Assembly: GCA_963794765.1 (NCBI GenBank)
Contig: CAWCGC010000028.1
Coordinates: 236,754-300,753, forward strand
Direction: 5' to 3'
Length of the DNA: 64,000 bases
DNA from: Bryobacteraceae bacterium
GTDB taxonomy: Bacteria; Acidobacteriota; Terriglobia; Bryobacterales; Bryobacteraceae
The notes beneath the pieces are model-generated. The model was given only the letters and a program-made list of their open reading frames with translations, did not search any database and was not told the origin of the DNA. Of the stretch, positions 8,923 through 17,421 are shown one piece after another. A program made the position numbers and the translations under genes. Numbering within the stretch: the stretch's first letter is position 1; the number at the start of each line of letters is the position of its first letter.

Positions 8923-10096
8923 GGGCGTGCCTGGGCATCCGCTTCGGACTGCACCGGCCGGTTGCTGACTACAGAAGATCTGGCCGGGAGCGTCTGAACC
9001 TCAACCGACAACACAGCCGGAAGGTCCCGCACGATTGGGCGCCATGAGTCGCCACCGTCAGGCGACATGTACACCTGACCGCCGGTGGTCCCGAAGTAAA
9101 TACCGCAGGAGTCAAGTGAATCCACTGCCATCGCATCCCGCAGGACGTTCACGTAGCAGTTCTCCTGCGGCAATCCGTTCGTCAGCGGTTCCCACTCGTT
9201 CCCGCCACTGCGGCTTCGGTATACGCGAAGCTTGCCATCAGGCGGAAAATGGTGCGAGTCGCTGGTGATCGGCACCACATAAATCGTGTCGGGCTCGTGC
9301 GCGTGCACGTCGATCGGGAACCCGAAATCAGTTGGCAGGTTTCCGCTCACTTCCACCCACAGATCCCCGCCATTATCGCTGCGCATAACATCCCAGTGCT
9401 TCTGCATGAAGAGCACATCGGCCGCGAGGGATGCATCGCAATTCGATGCACGCAGTGCCCGAACTCAGCCTCGGGATCCGGGATATAGTTCGACTTCAGG
9501 CCGCGATTGATCGGTCGCCAGGTCTTGCCGCCATCGTCCGTTCGAAATGCACCAACAGCTGAGATCGCGATAAACATCCGGTCCGGATTCGACTCATCCA
9601 GCAGGATCGTGTGCAAACACATCCCACCGGCACCTGGGTGCCACTGCGGACTGGTTCCGTGTGTGCGGAGGCCCGGCAACTCCTGCCACGTCTTGCCGGC
9701 ATCGGTGGAGCGAAAAATGGCAGCGTCCTCAACCCCGGCGTAGACGGTGTCGGGATCACGCAGACACGGCTCGAAGTGCCAGACTCGCTTGAACTCCCAG
9801 GGATGCGGAGTTCCGTCGTACCACGCATGCGTGCCCGGAGTTCCGTCGTAGGTGAACTGATTCCCGACGACTTCCCATGTTTTTCCGCCGTCGTCGGAGC
9901 GCTGCACCGTTTGACCAAACCAGCTGCTCGACTGAGATGCATAGATTCGGTTCGGATCCACTGGCGATCCTTTAAGGTGATAGATCTCCCAGCCAGCGAA
10001 GTGCGGACCCGAAACCTTCCACTCCTTCCGCGCCCCATCCGACTCGAGTATGAATGCACCCTTCTTAGTGCCGACCAACACGCGAACGCTGCTCAT
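8919..10096 (-). CDS. BNR/Asp-box beta-propeller protein (sialidase-like fold), single frameshift in this sequence
   Basis: Five Asp-boxes (SxDxGxTW-like): '[12 protein letters not shown]', '[11 protein letters not shown]', '[12 protein letters not shown]', '[12 protein letters not shown]' and '[11 protein letters not shown]'. ORFs 9347..10138 and 8919..9416 join to give '...HPSRP(D)[10 protein letters not shown]' if one G is restored near 9418-9424. Start is ATG 10096 ([13 protein letters not shown]). Confidence 0.7.
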
Positions 10097-10134
10097 GGTG
10101 TGTTCGCTATGATCGCACCAGGCAGTCGCACTTT

Positions 10135-10989
10135 TCAACGTCCCGGTGAGTTCGATTCAGCCGTCATAATCGGGCGGAGATAGTCGAGATTACGCCGTGT
10201 ATCTGCGACAACGTCTCCTGACGGGGAGGTCGTCTCGAGCATCGCGTAACCGGTAAATCCGATGTCAGCGATCGCCTTCACCGCGGCCGGTACATCGACC
10301 TTGCCTTCGCCGAGATAGCCTTTATCTTTGATGTGAAAAGCGCAGATACGCTCGCGTCCAAGCGCCCGAATCTCGGCCGGCACATCGTACCCGTTATAAG
10401 TCGAGTTACCGATGTCATACCAGACTTTAAAAGCCTTCGACGCAACCTTATCGACTGCATAGAGGTTGTCCGCACCGGAACTAGTATTTTCAAAGCCGAG
10501 AGTTACTCCCGCCTTATCGGCTTCGGGTGCAAGCTCTCTGCAGAGACCGATAACACGTTCCAGCTCCGGACGCTGCAGCACCTGACACTTGCCAAAGAAC
10601 ACCAGCATCAGCACTGGAGCGCCGAGCTGTTTAGAAATATCGATGCCCTTGCGAACCCACATGGGAGCATTCGGATTATCTTTGAGACAATCCACGTGAA
10701 GCATGTCGATGTAAGTGGAAGTCAGGGGAATACTGAATTGACGGGATGCAGCACGCCATGCACTCTGGATTGACGGGTCCTCCAGAGGCAGCGTCCTGCC
10801 GTCTACCGAGCGACCAAGTGTGACCTGCACGGAAGCGAGACCAAGCTTCCTGGCAAGCTCGACCGATTCCGGCTTGCCCTGCATCCGGAACACACCATCC
10901 ATGGTGCCGATCTGAAATCCGGGAGACGACGGCCCGGCAAGAACGGAACCGGCCGCGGATGCAAGAAAAACTCTGCGGCGCAGCAGCAT
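10135..10989 (-). CDS. Sugar phosphate isomerase/epimerase (xylose-isomerase-like TIM barrel) with signal peptide
   Basis: N-terminus '[19 protein letters not shown]' and AP_endonuc_2-like sequence ('GFENTS', 'ICAFHIKDK'). Start is ATG 10989, inside ORF 10135..11025. Confidence 0.7.
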   Translation of the reverse strand: MLLRRRVFLASAAGSVLAGPSSPGFQIGTMDGVFRMQGKPESVELARKLGLASVQVTLGRSVDGRTLPLEDPSIQSAWRAASRQFSIPLTSTYIDMLHVDCLKDNPNAPMWVRKGIDISKQLGAPVLMLVFFGKCQVLQRPELERVIGLCRELAPEADKAGVTLGFENTSSGADNLYAVDKVASKAFKVWYDIGNSTYNGYDVPAEIRALGRERICAFHIKDKGYLGEGKVDVPAAVKAIADIGFTGYAMLETTSPSGDVVADTRRNLDYLRPIMTAESNSPGR

Positions 10990-11031
10990 AGCTGCTTCAG
11001 AGTCTATAACAAAGCTGTCAATCAATAAAGA

Positions 11032-11232
11032 CTAACGGCCGGACCTTCCCGGCTTGCGGCCCGCCCAGTATCTGCGCATTCGCTCCGATACTTGTTTGCG
11101 TTCAGCAGGAGACATGCTCTTGCGCCCGCGCTTACGAGGCTTGCCACCCGTAAGCTCTTCGAGCGAAGAAATCATCTTCGATAAGCGTTCCCGCTCATCG
11201 TTGAGGTCCTCCAGAGCTTTCCAGAAATCCAT
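11032..11232 (-). CDS. Small basic hypothetical protein (66 aa)
   Basis: Intact ORF on the same strand between tatC and the isomerase gene. It has a helical acidic N-terminus and a Lys/Arg-rich C-terminus. I do not recognise a family. Confidence 0.4.
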   Translation of the reverse strand: MDFWKALEDLNDERERLSKMISSLEELTGGKPRKRGRKSMSPAERKQVSERMRRYWAGRKPGRSGR

Positions 11233-11282
11233 GGGTAACGCCAGCTTATCCTATTGGCCTGCTCGCGTAAATGGGGTTGAAA

Positions 11283-12437
11283 TTAAAATCTCATTAGCCA
11301 GCGAGGTGGGATATGCAGCCCGAATTTCCACACTCCGATGGCAATACCCACCGCGATCAGTGCCAGAAGAATGCCGACCCAGGTAAGCACCACGCCCCAG
11401 GGGAAGCGTCGTTTCTCACGCCGCAGCACCAGCAGATAGCTGGCGAAGACACCGATGAAGTACAGAAGTACCATCGGGGCGGAGAAGAGCATCAGGTTGA
11501 ATACATCAGGTGTTGGCGTAACCAGCGCGGCAATAATGACGATGATCAGGATCGCGTATCGCGAGTGATTCAGCAGGAAGGCTGGAGTCGTGATCCGGAG
11601 AAGCGTCAGCATGAAGATCAGCACCGGCATCTCGAAGACGAGGCCGCAACCGAGAATGACATTGACGAATATGTCGAAATAGTCGGTAATTGTGATCATC
11701 GGGCGGATGTTTACACCCTGTCCGATGCCCAGCAGAAAGGCTAATCCATAACGGAACGCTATGAAATAAGCGAACGTGCCGCCAAGGATGAAAAGACCCG
11801 CTGTGCTTAACACGAAAGGCGCGGCGAGACGGCGTTCTTTCTTATATAAGCCGGGCGCAATAAATGCCCAGGCCTGATACAAAATCCAGGGCGACGACAT
11901 GAACACGGAGACGAGCAGCGGCAGCTTGAACCACGTGATCAGGAACGCGTCCATCGGCGACGTAAAGATCAGGTATGGCGGATATCCCAGACTCGTCAAT
12001 GCGGCAGCCGCAGGCTGCTGCACGATGTTCCACAACGGCTGTGCGAAGGTCATCGCGAGGAAGAAGGCAATGGCGACACCCGCCAATCCGCGAATCAGCC
12101 GCGCCCGAAGTTCCTCGAGGTGCTCGAGGAACGACATCCGAAGCATCCCGTGATCTTCCTCGTCATCGTCGTCGTCACTGCTGCCGGAGGAAGAGGAAGG
12201 AGGCGGCGGAGGCGGAGGCTCAGCAGCCTTCACCACCGGAAGATTTTCGGCAACCGTGCTTGTGTTGTACGAAGGCTCGGGAGCACCATACCTGCTGGCG
12301 TATTCATCCGGCCGGTCCTCGACCGTATACGAGACGGGTTCGCCCGCAGTGACGCCGTCAGGAGCAGAAGCGCCGGGCTCCTGACCATATTTGGTGTCCG
12401 TGTTCGGAGTCGTTGGTTTATTTGGTTCTTCTGCCAT
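11283..12437 (-). CDS. tatC: Twin-arginine translocase subunit TatC with about 97-aa acidic/Pro-rich N-terminal extension
   Basis: The canonical TatC core starts at 'MLRMSFLEHLEELRARLI' and has 6 TM helices. The open frame extends upstream through 'PPPPPPPSSSSGSSDDDDDEEDHG'. ATG 12146 is an alternative start. Confidence 0.85.
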   Translation of the reverse strand: MAEEPNKPTTPNTDTKYGQEPGASAPDGVTAGEPVSYTVEDRPDEYASRYGAPEPSYNTSTVAENLPVVKAAEPPPPPPPSSSSGSSDDDDDEEDHGMLRMSFLEHLEELRARLIRGLAGVAIAFFLAMTFAQPLWNIVQQPAAAALTSLGYPPYLIFTSPMDAFLITWFKLPLLVSVFMSSPWILYQAWAFIAPGLYKKERRLAAPFVLSTAGLFILGGTFAYFIAFRYGLAFLLGIGQGVNIRPMITITDYFDIFVNVILGCGLVFEMPVLIFMLTLLRITTPAFLLNHSRYAILIIVIIAALVTPTPDVFNLMLFSAPMVLLYFIGVFASYLLVLRREKRRFPWGVVLTWVGILLALIAVGIAIGVWKFGLHIPPRWLMRF

Positions 12438-12537
12438 TCAATCGCAGTCGCAAAACAGGCGCACGCCGGACCACCCGCCGGGAAGCCATCAATCCGGGCG
12501 GGTGAGACGGTTACGTCATTCGGCAGGAGCCGAAAGC

Positions 12538-13101
12538 TCAGGACCGGGCGGGTTCCGATGAAGACGGGTGAGCAGACGGCGATGGCGTTACAGGAGGATG
12601 GTGTTCCCCGTTGTTCGCCACGTTGTTCGCCGCAGTCTCGACAACATGCTGATCATTGGTGTGGTCAGCAACGCCCTCATGAGAACTCGACGCCGTCACC
12701 TCAGAACCCGAATGACCATAGTCGGAACCATAGTCATAGTGGTGAGTGTCCGGCGAACCGCCATGTTCCGTAAGAGCGCCCTGAGTTGCGGAAGCGCCTG
12801 TGGTGGAAGTGTCGTGGGCGGAATAGTCGTACGACTCGTGGCCATATGCGCCACTGTCGTAATAAGAATCGTAGTTGTAAGTCTCGTGGTTGAACGCCTG
12901 CGTGACTTCTTTCAATTCAGTTTCCCGCTCAATCGCGTGCATTTCGCGGTCGAACGTTGCTCTAAGCTCGCTCGAGGCGCGACGAAACTCCGTCATCGCC
13001 TTGCCAAGGGTGCGGCCCAGCTCAGGGAGCTTTTTCGGGCCAAAGATCAGCAGCGCGAGGACGAAAATGAAGATTGTTTCCTGAACTCCTAACGTACCCA
13101 A
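12538..13101 (-). CDS. tatA: TatA/TatB-family translocase subunit with long His/Tyr/Asp/Ser-rich tail
   Basis: 'LGVQETIFIFVLALLIFGPKKLPELGRTLGKAMTEFRRA' is a TatA/E TM helix plus amphipathic helix. It has a TTG start, a GGGGAGG RBS and about 120 aa of low-complexity tail. Confidence 0.8.
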   Translation of the reverse strand: MGTLGVQETIFIFVLALLIFGPKKLPELGRTLGKAMTEFRRASSELRATFDREMHAIERETELKEVTQAFNHETYNYDSYYDSGAYGHESYDYSAHDTSTTGASATQGALTEHGGSPDTHHYDYGSDYGHSGSEVTASSSHEGVADHTNDQHVVETAANNVANNGEHHPPVTPSPSAHPSSSEPARS

Positions 13102-13158
13102 TCTTCTCGCCTCCCCATACAGAATCGGACACTCCCATCATAGCAAGGCAGGCTACGG

Positions 13159-13521
13159 CTAAACGATGCCTTCGGTCTCCAGATCTCCCTTAAGATCAGC
13201 CCCGGCATTTCGTGGATACCCGAAATCCCACCATGGATTTCCTTCCAGGCTCTCCCAAATCCGCTGGTCCGTTCCTGTGAGAAGCGCTTTTACCCGGTCG
13301 TCCGCCGCCCGGATCGCGGGATCGTCGCCGGCGCCGATCAGGTCCAAAATTCCACGTACGTCGAGGTCATTCCTGTAGTCCTCGATCCCGAACGGATACC
13401 CTCGCTCGATCTCATCGGCGAACTCCTGCCACCTTCGGACGAGCCCGGCGCGTCCGCCCCGAACGATGTGATCCGGGTAGCCGTTGTCAGCCAGGTACGC
13501 CTGGATTTCCTGGTCGGTCAT
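13159..13521 (-). CDS. Immunity-like small acidic protein (120 aa), translationally coupled to the upstream toxin-like ORF
   Basis: ATG 13521 (MTDQEIQAYLADNGYPDHIV...) overlaps the TGA of the upstream frame as ATGA, and GGAGG lies upstream. It sits inside ORF-track entry 13159..13956, which has no intervening stop. Confidence 0.45.
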   Translation of the reverse strand: MTDQEIQAYLADNGYPDHIVRGGRAGLVRRWQEFADEIERGYPFGIEDYRNDLDVRGILDLIGAGDDPAIRAADDRVKALLTGTDQRIWESLEGNPWWDFGYPRNAGADLKGDLETEGIV

Positions 13522-13956
13522 CGCTCTGCCTGCCTCCGAAAATAGCTCTCGCCTGCGGCTGGAATAAAGAAGGTACGAATTGTGCCATCGCGGTTGTACG
13601 CTCCGAAATATCCCCTGTGCCTTGTTGAATCGCGAAACCGTGCCGTCGCTGCGCCGGATCTCGAGGATCGGACCCCCGACCGCAGTGTCCCGAAGCTGCT
13701 GTGCCCGATGAAGGTATTCCGCCTTGCTGATGTGCCCAAATTCCGAGCCGTGTTTCGCGTAGTGCTCGCCGAACTGCCGTTCGGTTCGAAACCCCGCGCC
13801 GGCGCCGCAGACGACCAGCCCGTCACCGCAACGAAGAACACCCAATAACCGAACCAAATATGCCCGTCGCACGAGCACATTGTCGCCTGGCCGGTGCCCC
13901 GTCCGACGAATTCGGGCAGGGCGAAAATGCATCGACGTCAAGGGCGCGAACATCAT
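13518..13956 (-). CDS. Toxin-like small protein (KHG-EFG motif), single frameshift in this sequence
   Basis: The frame of 13159..13956 gives '...FRTERQFGEHYAKHGSEFGHISKAEYLHRAQQL...RFNKAQG'. The frame of 13518..13880 continues with 'YFGAYNRDGTIRTFFIPAAGESYFRRQAER*'. They join if one G is removed from the run at 13612-13615. The N-terminal boundary is uncertain. Confidence 0.4.
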
Positions 13957-13977
13957 CGTTGCACAACCGGAGGAGGA

Positions 13978-15249
13978 ATGAATTTGACCAAAAATCAGTC
14001 GACAAGAGCACTCTTGCTCGCGATTCTGGCGACCTCTGCGGCATTAGCCCAGACAACTGTTCCGCCCGTTGCGTATGCCTATAACGGGCCACCGCTAAAT
14101 ATCTCTTACACAACCGGCAGCGCCGCAACATTTCTGACGATTCCCGTATCGAGTGTCGTCACGATAACGAAGCTCACAGCGACGGTCAACATCAGTTATG
14201 CGCCTGTATCGGACCTTAATCTGTATTTGTTCAGTCCCGACGGTACCCGCACAAGACTACTGGAACGTAACTGTTCTGGCACGGCTAGCGCTACGCTGGT
14301 GAACATTACCTTCGACGATAGTGGGACGTCAACGTACAACTCCTTTTGTCCTGCCGAAGCCGGCCGCGGGCCGTTCAAGAGCAATGAACCGCTGTCAAAT
14401 TTCAACGGCAAGGCTGCTGGGGGCAACTGGACGCTCGCTGTGCAGAATAACCGGACCACGGGCAATACGGGCGTCGTAAATGGTGTCAGTTTGACGATCT
14501 CTGGGACGACAACAACCGCTCCGGTAATCTCGGCCAACACAATCTATAACGCGGTGACGCTGCAACCCGGGCCAATTGCACCCGGAGAAATTCTGGCGAT
14601 TTCCGGAAGTAACCTCGGACCTGCAACACCGGTTGCCGCATCTTCAGGCAATTTGCCCACAACGCTCGGTGGTGTCCAGCTTTCGATCAACGGTTCGTTA
14701 TCGGCGCCACTGCTGTATGCATCCTCAACGCTTGTCGTGGCTATTCTTCCCTACAACGCCGCTGGAAGTGGCGCGACTATCGGCGGGACCGTCACACTGA
14801 TGGTGACCAACAACAGTGTTCCATCGAACCTTGTCACTACGGGAGTCGCGTACTCCTCTCCCGCTTTGTTTACCGTTGCTAACCAGGAGACCGGCAAGAT
14901 TGGAGTCAAGGCGATCAATCCCGACGGAACACTTAACGCGGTGGATAATCCGGTTGCTGCCGGGGCGGTGGTGACACTCTATGCCGCTGGACTCGGACCA
15001 GTGACACCATCCTTCACAGCGGGACAAGTTGCGCCACCAACGCCCTTGTACAACACGATGACGGAGACATTCGTCAATGTCGCGGGGCAATTTGCCACAG
15101 TGCTTTTCTCCGGGCTTGCTCCGGGAACGCTGGGTGCTTATCAGGTCAATATGCAAATACCTGCCAGCGTCCCCTCAGGAGCGCAACCAATCCTGCTCTG
15201 GAACCAGGGCGGCACCTCTCAGAACGGTCTGCAGATCTTTATTAAGTAG
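13978..15249 (+). CDS. Secreted protein: proprotein-convertase P-domain plus TIGR03437-type (Solibacter) C-terminal domain
   Basis: The signal peptide 'MNLTKNQSTRALLLAILATSAALAQ' follows a GGAGGAGG RBS. The P-domain-like segment is 'DLNLYLFSPDGTRTRLLER...FNGKAAGGNWTLAVQNN'. The C-terminal half ('GEILAISGSNLGP...LYAAGLGPVTP...GAYQVNMQIPASVPSG') matches the Ig-like TIGR03437 pattern. Confidence 0.75.
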   Translation: MNLTKNQSTRALLLAILATSAALAQTTVPPVAYAYNGPPLNISYTTGSAATFLTIPVSSVVTITKLTATVNISYAPVSDLNLYLFSPDGTRTRLLERNCSGTASATLVNITFDDSGTSTYNSFCPAEAGRGPFKSNEPLSNFNGKAAGGNWTLAVQNNRTTGNTGVVNGVSLTISGTTTTAPVISANTIYNAVTLQPGPIAPGEILAISGSNLGPATPVAASSGNLPTTLGGVQLSINGSLSAPLLYASSTLVVAILPYNAAGSGATIGGTVTLMVTNNSVPSNLVTTGVAYSSPALFTVANQETGKIGVKAINPDGTLNAVDNPVAAGAVVTLYAAGLGPVTPSFTAGQVAPPTPLYNTMTETFVNVAGQFATVLFSGLAPGTLGAYQVNMQIPASVPSGAQPILLWNQGGTSQNGLQIFIK

Positions 15250-15290
15250 TCGGGTGGTGCGCGAATCCATCCCGCAGACTTACAGCCAAT

Positions 15291-15372
15291 AAAAGCACGG
15301 GAGTTAGTTTCACCAGCACGGAAAACTGACTGTCCAGATTGCTGCGCCGCCAACAAGGTTGCCCTTCACACT
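15291..15372. repeat. Copy A of an about 85-nt structured intergenic repeat
   Basis: About 75% identical by eye to 16113-16200. It has a hairpin (15302-15310 pairs with 15323-15331) whose loop core CAC.AGCAC.GAA is conserved, followed by the conserved TGCTGCGCC.CCAAC. Confidence 0.55.
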
Positions 15373-15393
15373 GCGACTCTTCGGTTTCCTGTA

Positions 15394-16085
15394 ATGGCGT
15401 ATGTCAGTCAGTCTGGGATTTCAAATCCCGTTTGCTGTGATTCAATGAGGCCGGCAACGAGTTGGGGCAGTTCGCTGATGCCAGCTACAGCGACCCGCGC
15501 GGTTCGCCGAATGGACGCTTTCTTGCAACGGCGTCCGATGACGCCAGCGATGGCAAATTCTTCATTCGAGTGCACGACCTCCGGCGTGTAGTTTCCTACC
15601 GCCTGACTGAGGACGATCATGACGAGTCTCCGGTCTGGTCATGGGCCAGCGATAAGATCGCATACGACGCATTTGACGGCAAAAATCATACGGTAAATGT
15701 CGTTCCGATCGACGCTTGACTCCGCCACAGGTTTTGTCGAAACGGTCTGGCGTATTACGCCATCTGACTGGTCTGCTGACGGGACTCTTGTTCAGCGATT
15801 CTAAAGGTTGACAGTAGTGAGGATGCACTCCGGATTCCGGAGACCGCGGCAAGATTTCGGACGGTGGTGGTGGAGAAGCCGAATTCAGCCGACGGAAAAT
15901 CGAATGCGTACGTATCAAGTAAGTACGCTTCAAGTACTCGTCCAAACTCGGATTGTTGGTCCACGGTTGTCGCTACTCAGTACGACGTATCTGCCGATGG
16001 TGTTTCCTTATTAAACTGGGTTCCGGTAAACACGCCCTCTCCGCTTGCTCTAATCAGCGGCTGGAACGCAAATGTGAAACATTAG
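15394..16085 (+). pseudogene. Decayed PD40/TolB-like beta-propeller gene fragments
   Basis: Short ORFs in different frames carry PD40-like pieces ('SPNGRFLATASDD', 'ESPVWSWASDKIAYDAF'). A typical family C-terminus, 'YDVSADGVSLLNWVPVN...ISGWNANVKH', is also present. There is no intact long ORF. Confidence 0.5.
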
Positions 16086-16112
16086 AATGTCCGGCGCTTA
16101 AGAGCCGAGTAC

Positions 16113-16163
16113 AAAAAAAGGACGAGAGTCAGCTGCACGAGCACCGAAAGCTGACTCCCGTCC
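16113..16163 (-). terminator. Strong intrinsic-terminator-like hairpin read on the minus strand
   Basis: Arms 16120-16134 and 16149-16163 form a 15-bp stem (one G-U pair on the minus strand) with a 14-nt loop. On the minus strand it is followed by T7 (A-run 16113-16119). It lies about 240 nt downstream of the repaired stop of the VOC gene. Confidence 0.55.
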
Positions 16164-16200
16164 GGACTGCTGCGCCCCCAACTATGTTTGCCCCTGAACT
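16113..16200. repeat. Copy B of the about 85-nt structured intergenic repeat
   Basis: See copy A. This copy contains the 15-bp hairpin described under the terminator feature. Confidence 0.55.
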
Positions 16201-16403
16201 GGCGCAGCCCAGCGAGATACTTGAGCCTCGACCTTGTCTCCAGAGGGTAAAGTGCTACTCCGACAGCAGACTAACACCGATTGACCTGAAATGAGTCGGA
16301 CACTCGCCAAGTCTTACAACGCTTTTACGAGGCAGTTACACTTTTTGCAAGTCGCGCGTTGCGGCTTAAGATATCGGCGCTTTTCGATGTCACGGCGCCG
16401 AAC

Positions 16404-17313
16404 TCAGCCCGCAGCAGCCCGCTCCAATTCGGCGATATCAAACTTCTTCATCTTCAGAAACGCCTGAGTTACACGCTGCTGGCGGGCAGGATCACTGCCG
16501 CCAAGCAACGTCGCCCATTGCCGTGGGAGTGACCTGCCACGAGACACCATATTTGTCTTTCAGCCAGCCGCACTGTTCCGCTTTCGGATTCGCCGAAAGC
16601 CTGGCCCAGAAATAGTCGATCTCCTCCTGCGTGTCGCAGGGGACCACGAGTGAAATTGCCTCATTGAACGCAAATTTGTGTTCGTGTGCCGAATCCATCG
16701 CTCCGTACTCCTGACCGAGCAAGGAGAATTGCGCGTATCGGACTGTGCCCTCCTTGTCCGGTTGCTCGTTGCTGCCATAGCGAGAGACAACAGCGGCGTT
16801 CGTTTCGCCATGACTTTCCGAACCTGGTGCATCCCGGAACACCGATACGTAGAAGTTAATCGCCTCTTCGGCCTTCCCGCAAACGTCACGCACGAACATG
16901 AGTACCGGCGAGAGCCGCTGAGCCAAAGGAGCGTCTCCGACATACATAACCTGCCAGGACAGGCCGTACCTGTCTTGCAGCCAACCGAATCGCTGGCTGA
17001 AAGGGTACGTATCGAGCGGCATCATCACCTGGCCGCCCGCAGACAGACTTTCCCAGACAGCATCCACTTCGGCAATCGTCGTGCATTTCAACTGAAATGA
17101 GATGGCCGGAGTGAAACGAAACAGCGGTCCGGCGCTGATGGCCATGAACGGCAGTCCCGCAAGCTCGAAGGAGACGAGGTCGCAATCGCCTGATGGGGTG
17201 CCGGAAAGCTGTGTAACGTTCGTCAGCTTCGAGCCGGGAATTGTCGAGACATACAGTTCCGCGGCTTGCCGGGCGTCTTTGTCAAACCAGAGATGGTGAG
17301 TGATCTTCTGCAT
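16404..17313 (-). CDS. Two-domain VOC/glyoxalase-fold protein (PhnB / 3-demethylubiquinone-9 methyltransferase-domain-like), single frameshift
   Basis: It starts at ATG 17313, 'MQKITHHLWFDKDARQAAELY', and has two repeats ending 'GWLQDRYGLSWQV' and 'GWLKDKYGVSWQV'. The expected C-terminus 'LLGGSDPARQQRVTQAFLKMKKFDIAELERAAAG*' is in another frame (stop at 16404-16406). The shift is near 16505-16512. Confidence 0.7.
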
Positions 17314-17421
17314 GTTGTTTCGTCCAGTGTAAATGCAATGAAATGCAGCGAGTATCGGCAGCAGCAACTTGTAAACGAGAAATACATTCTTTTTGTACAA
17401 TTCATTACGTCCGGAGCTAAA

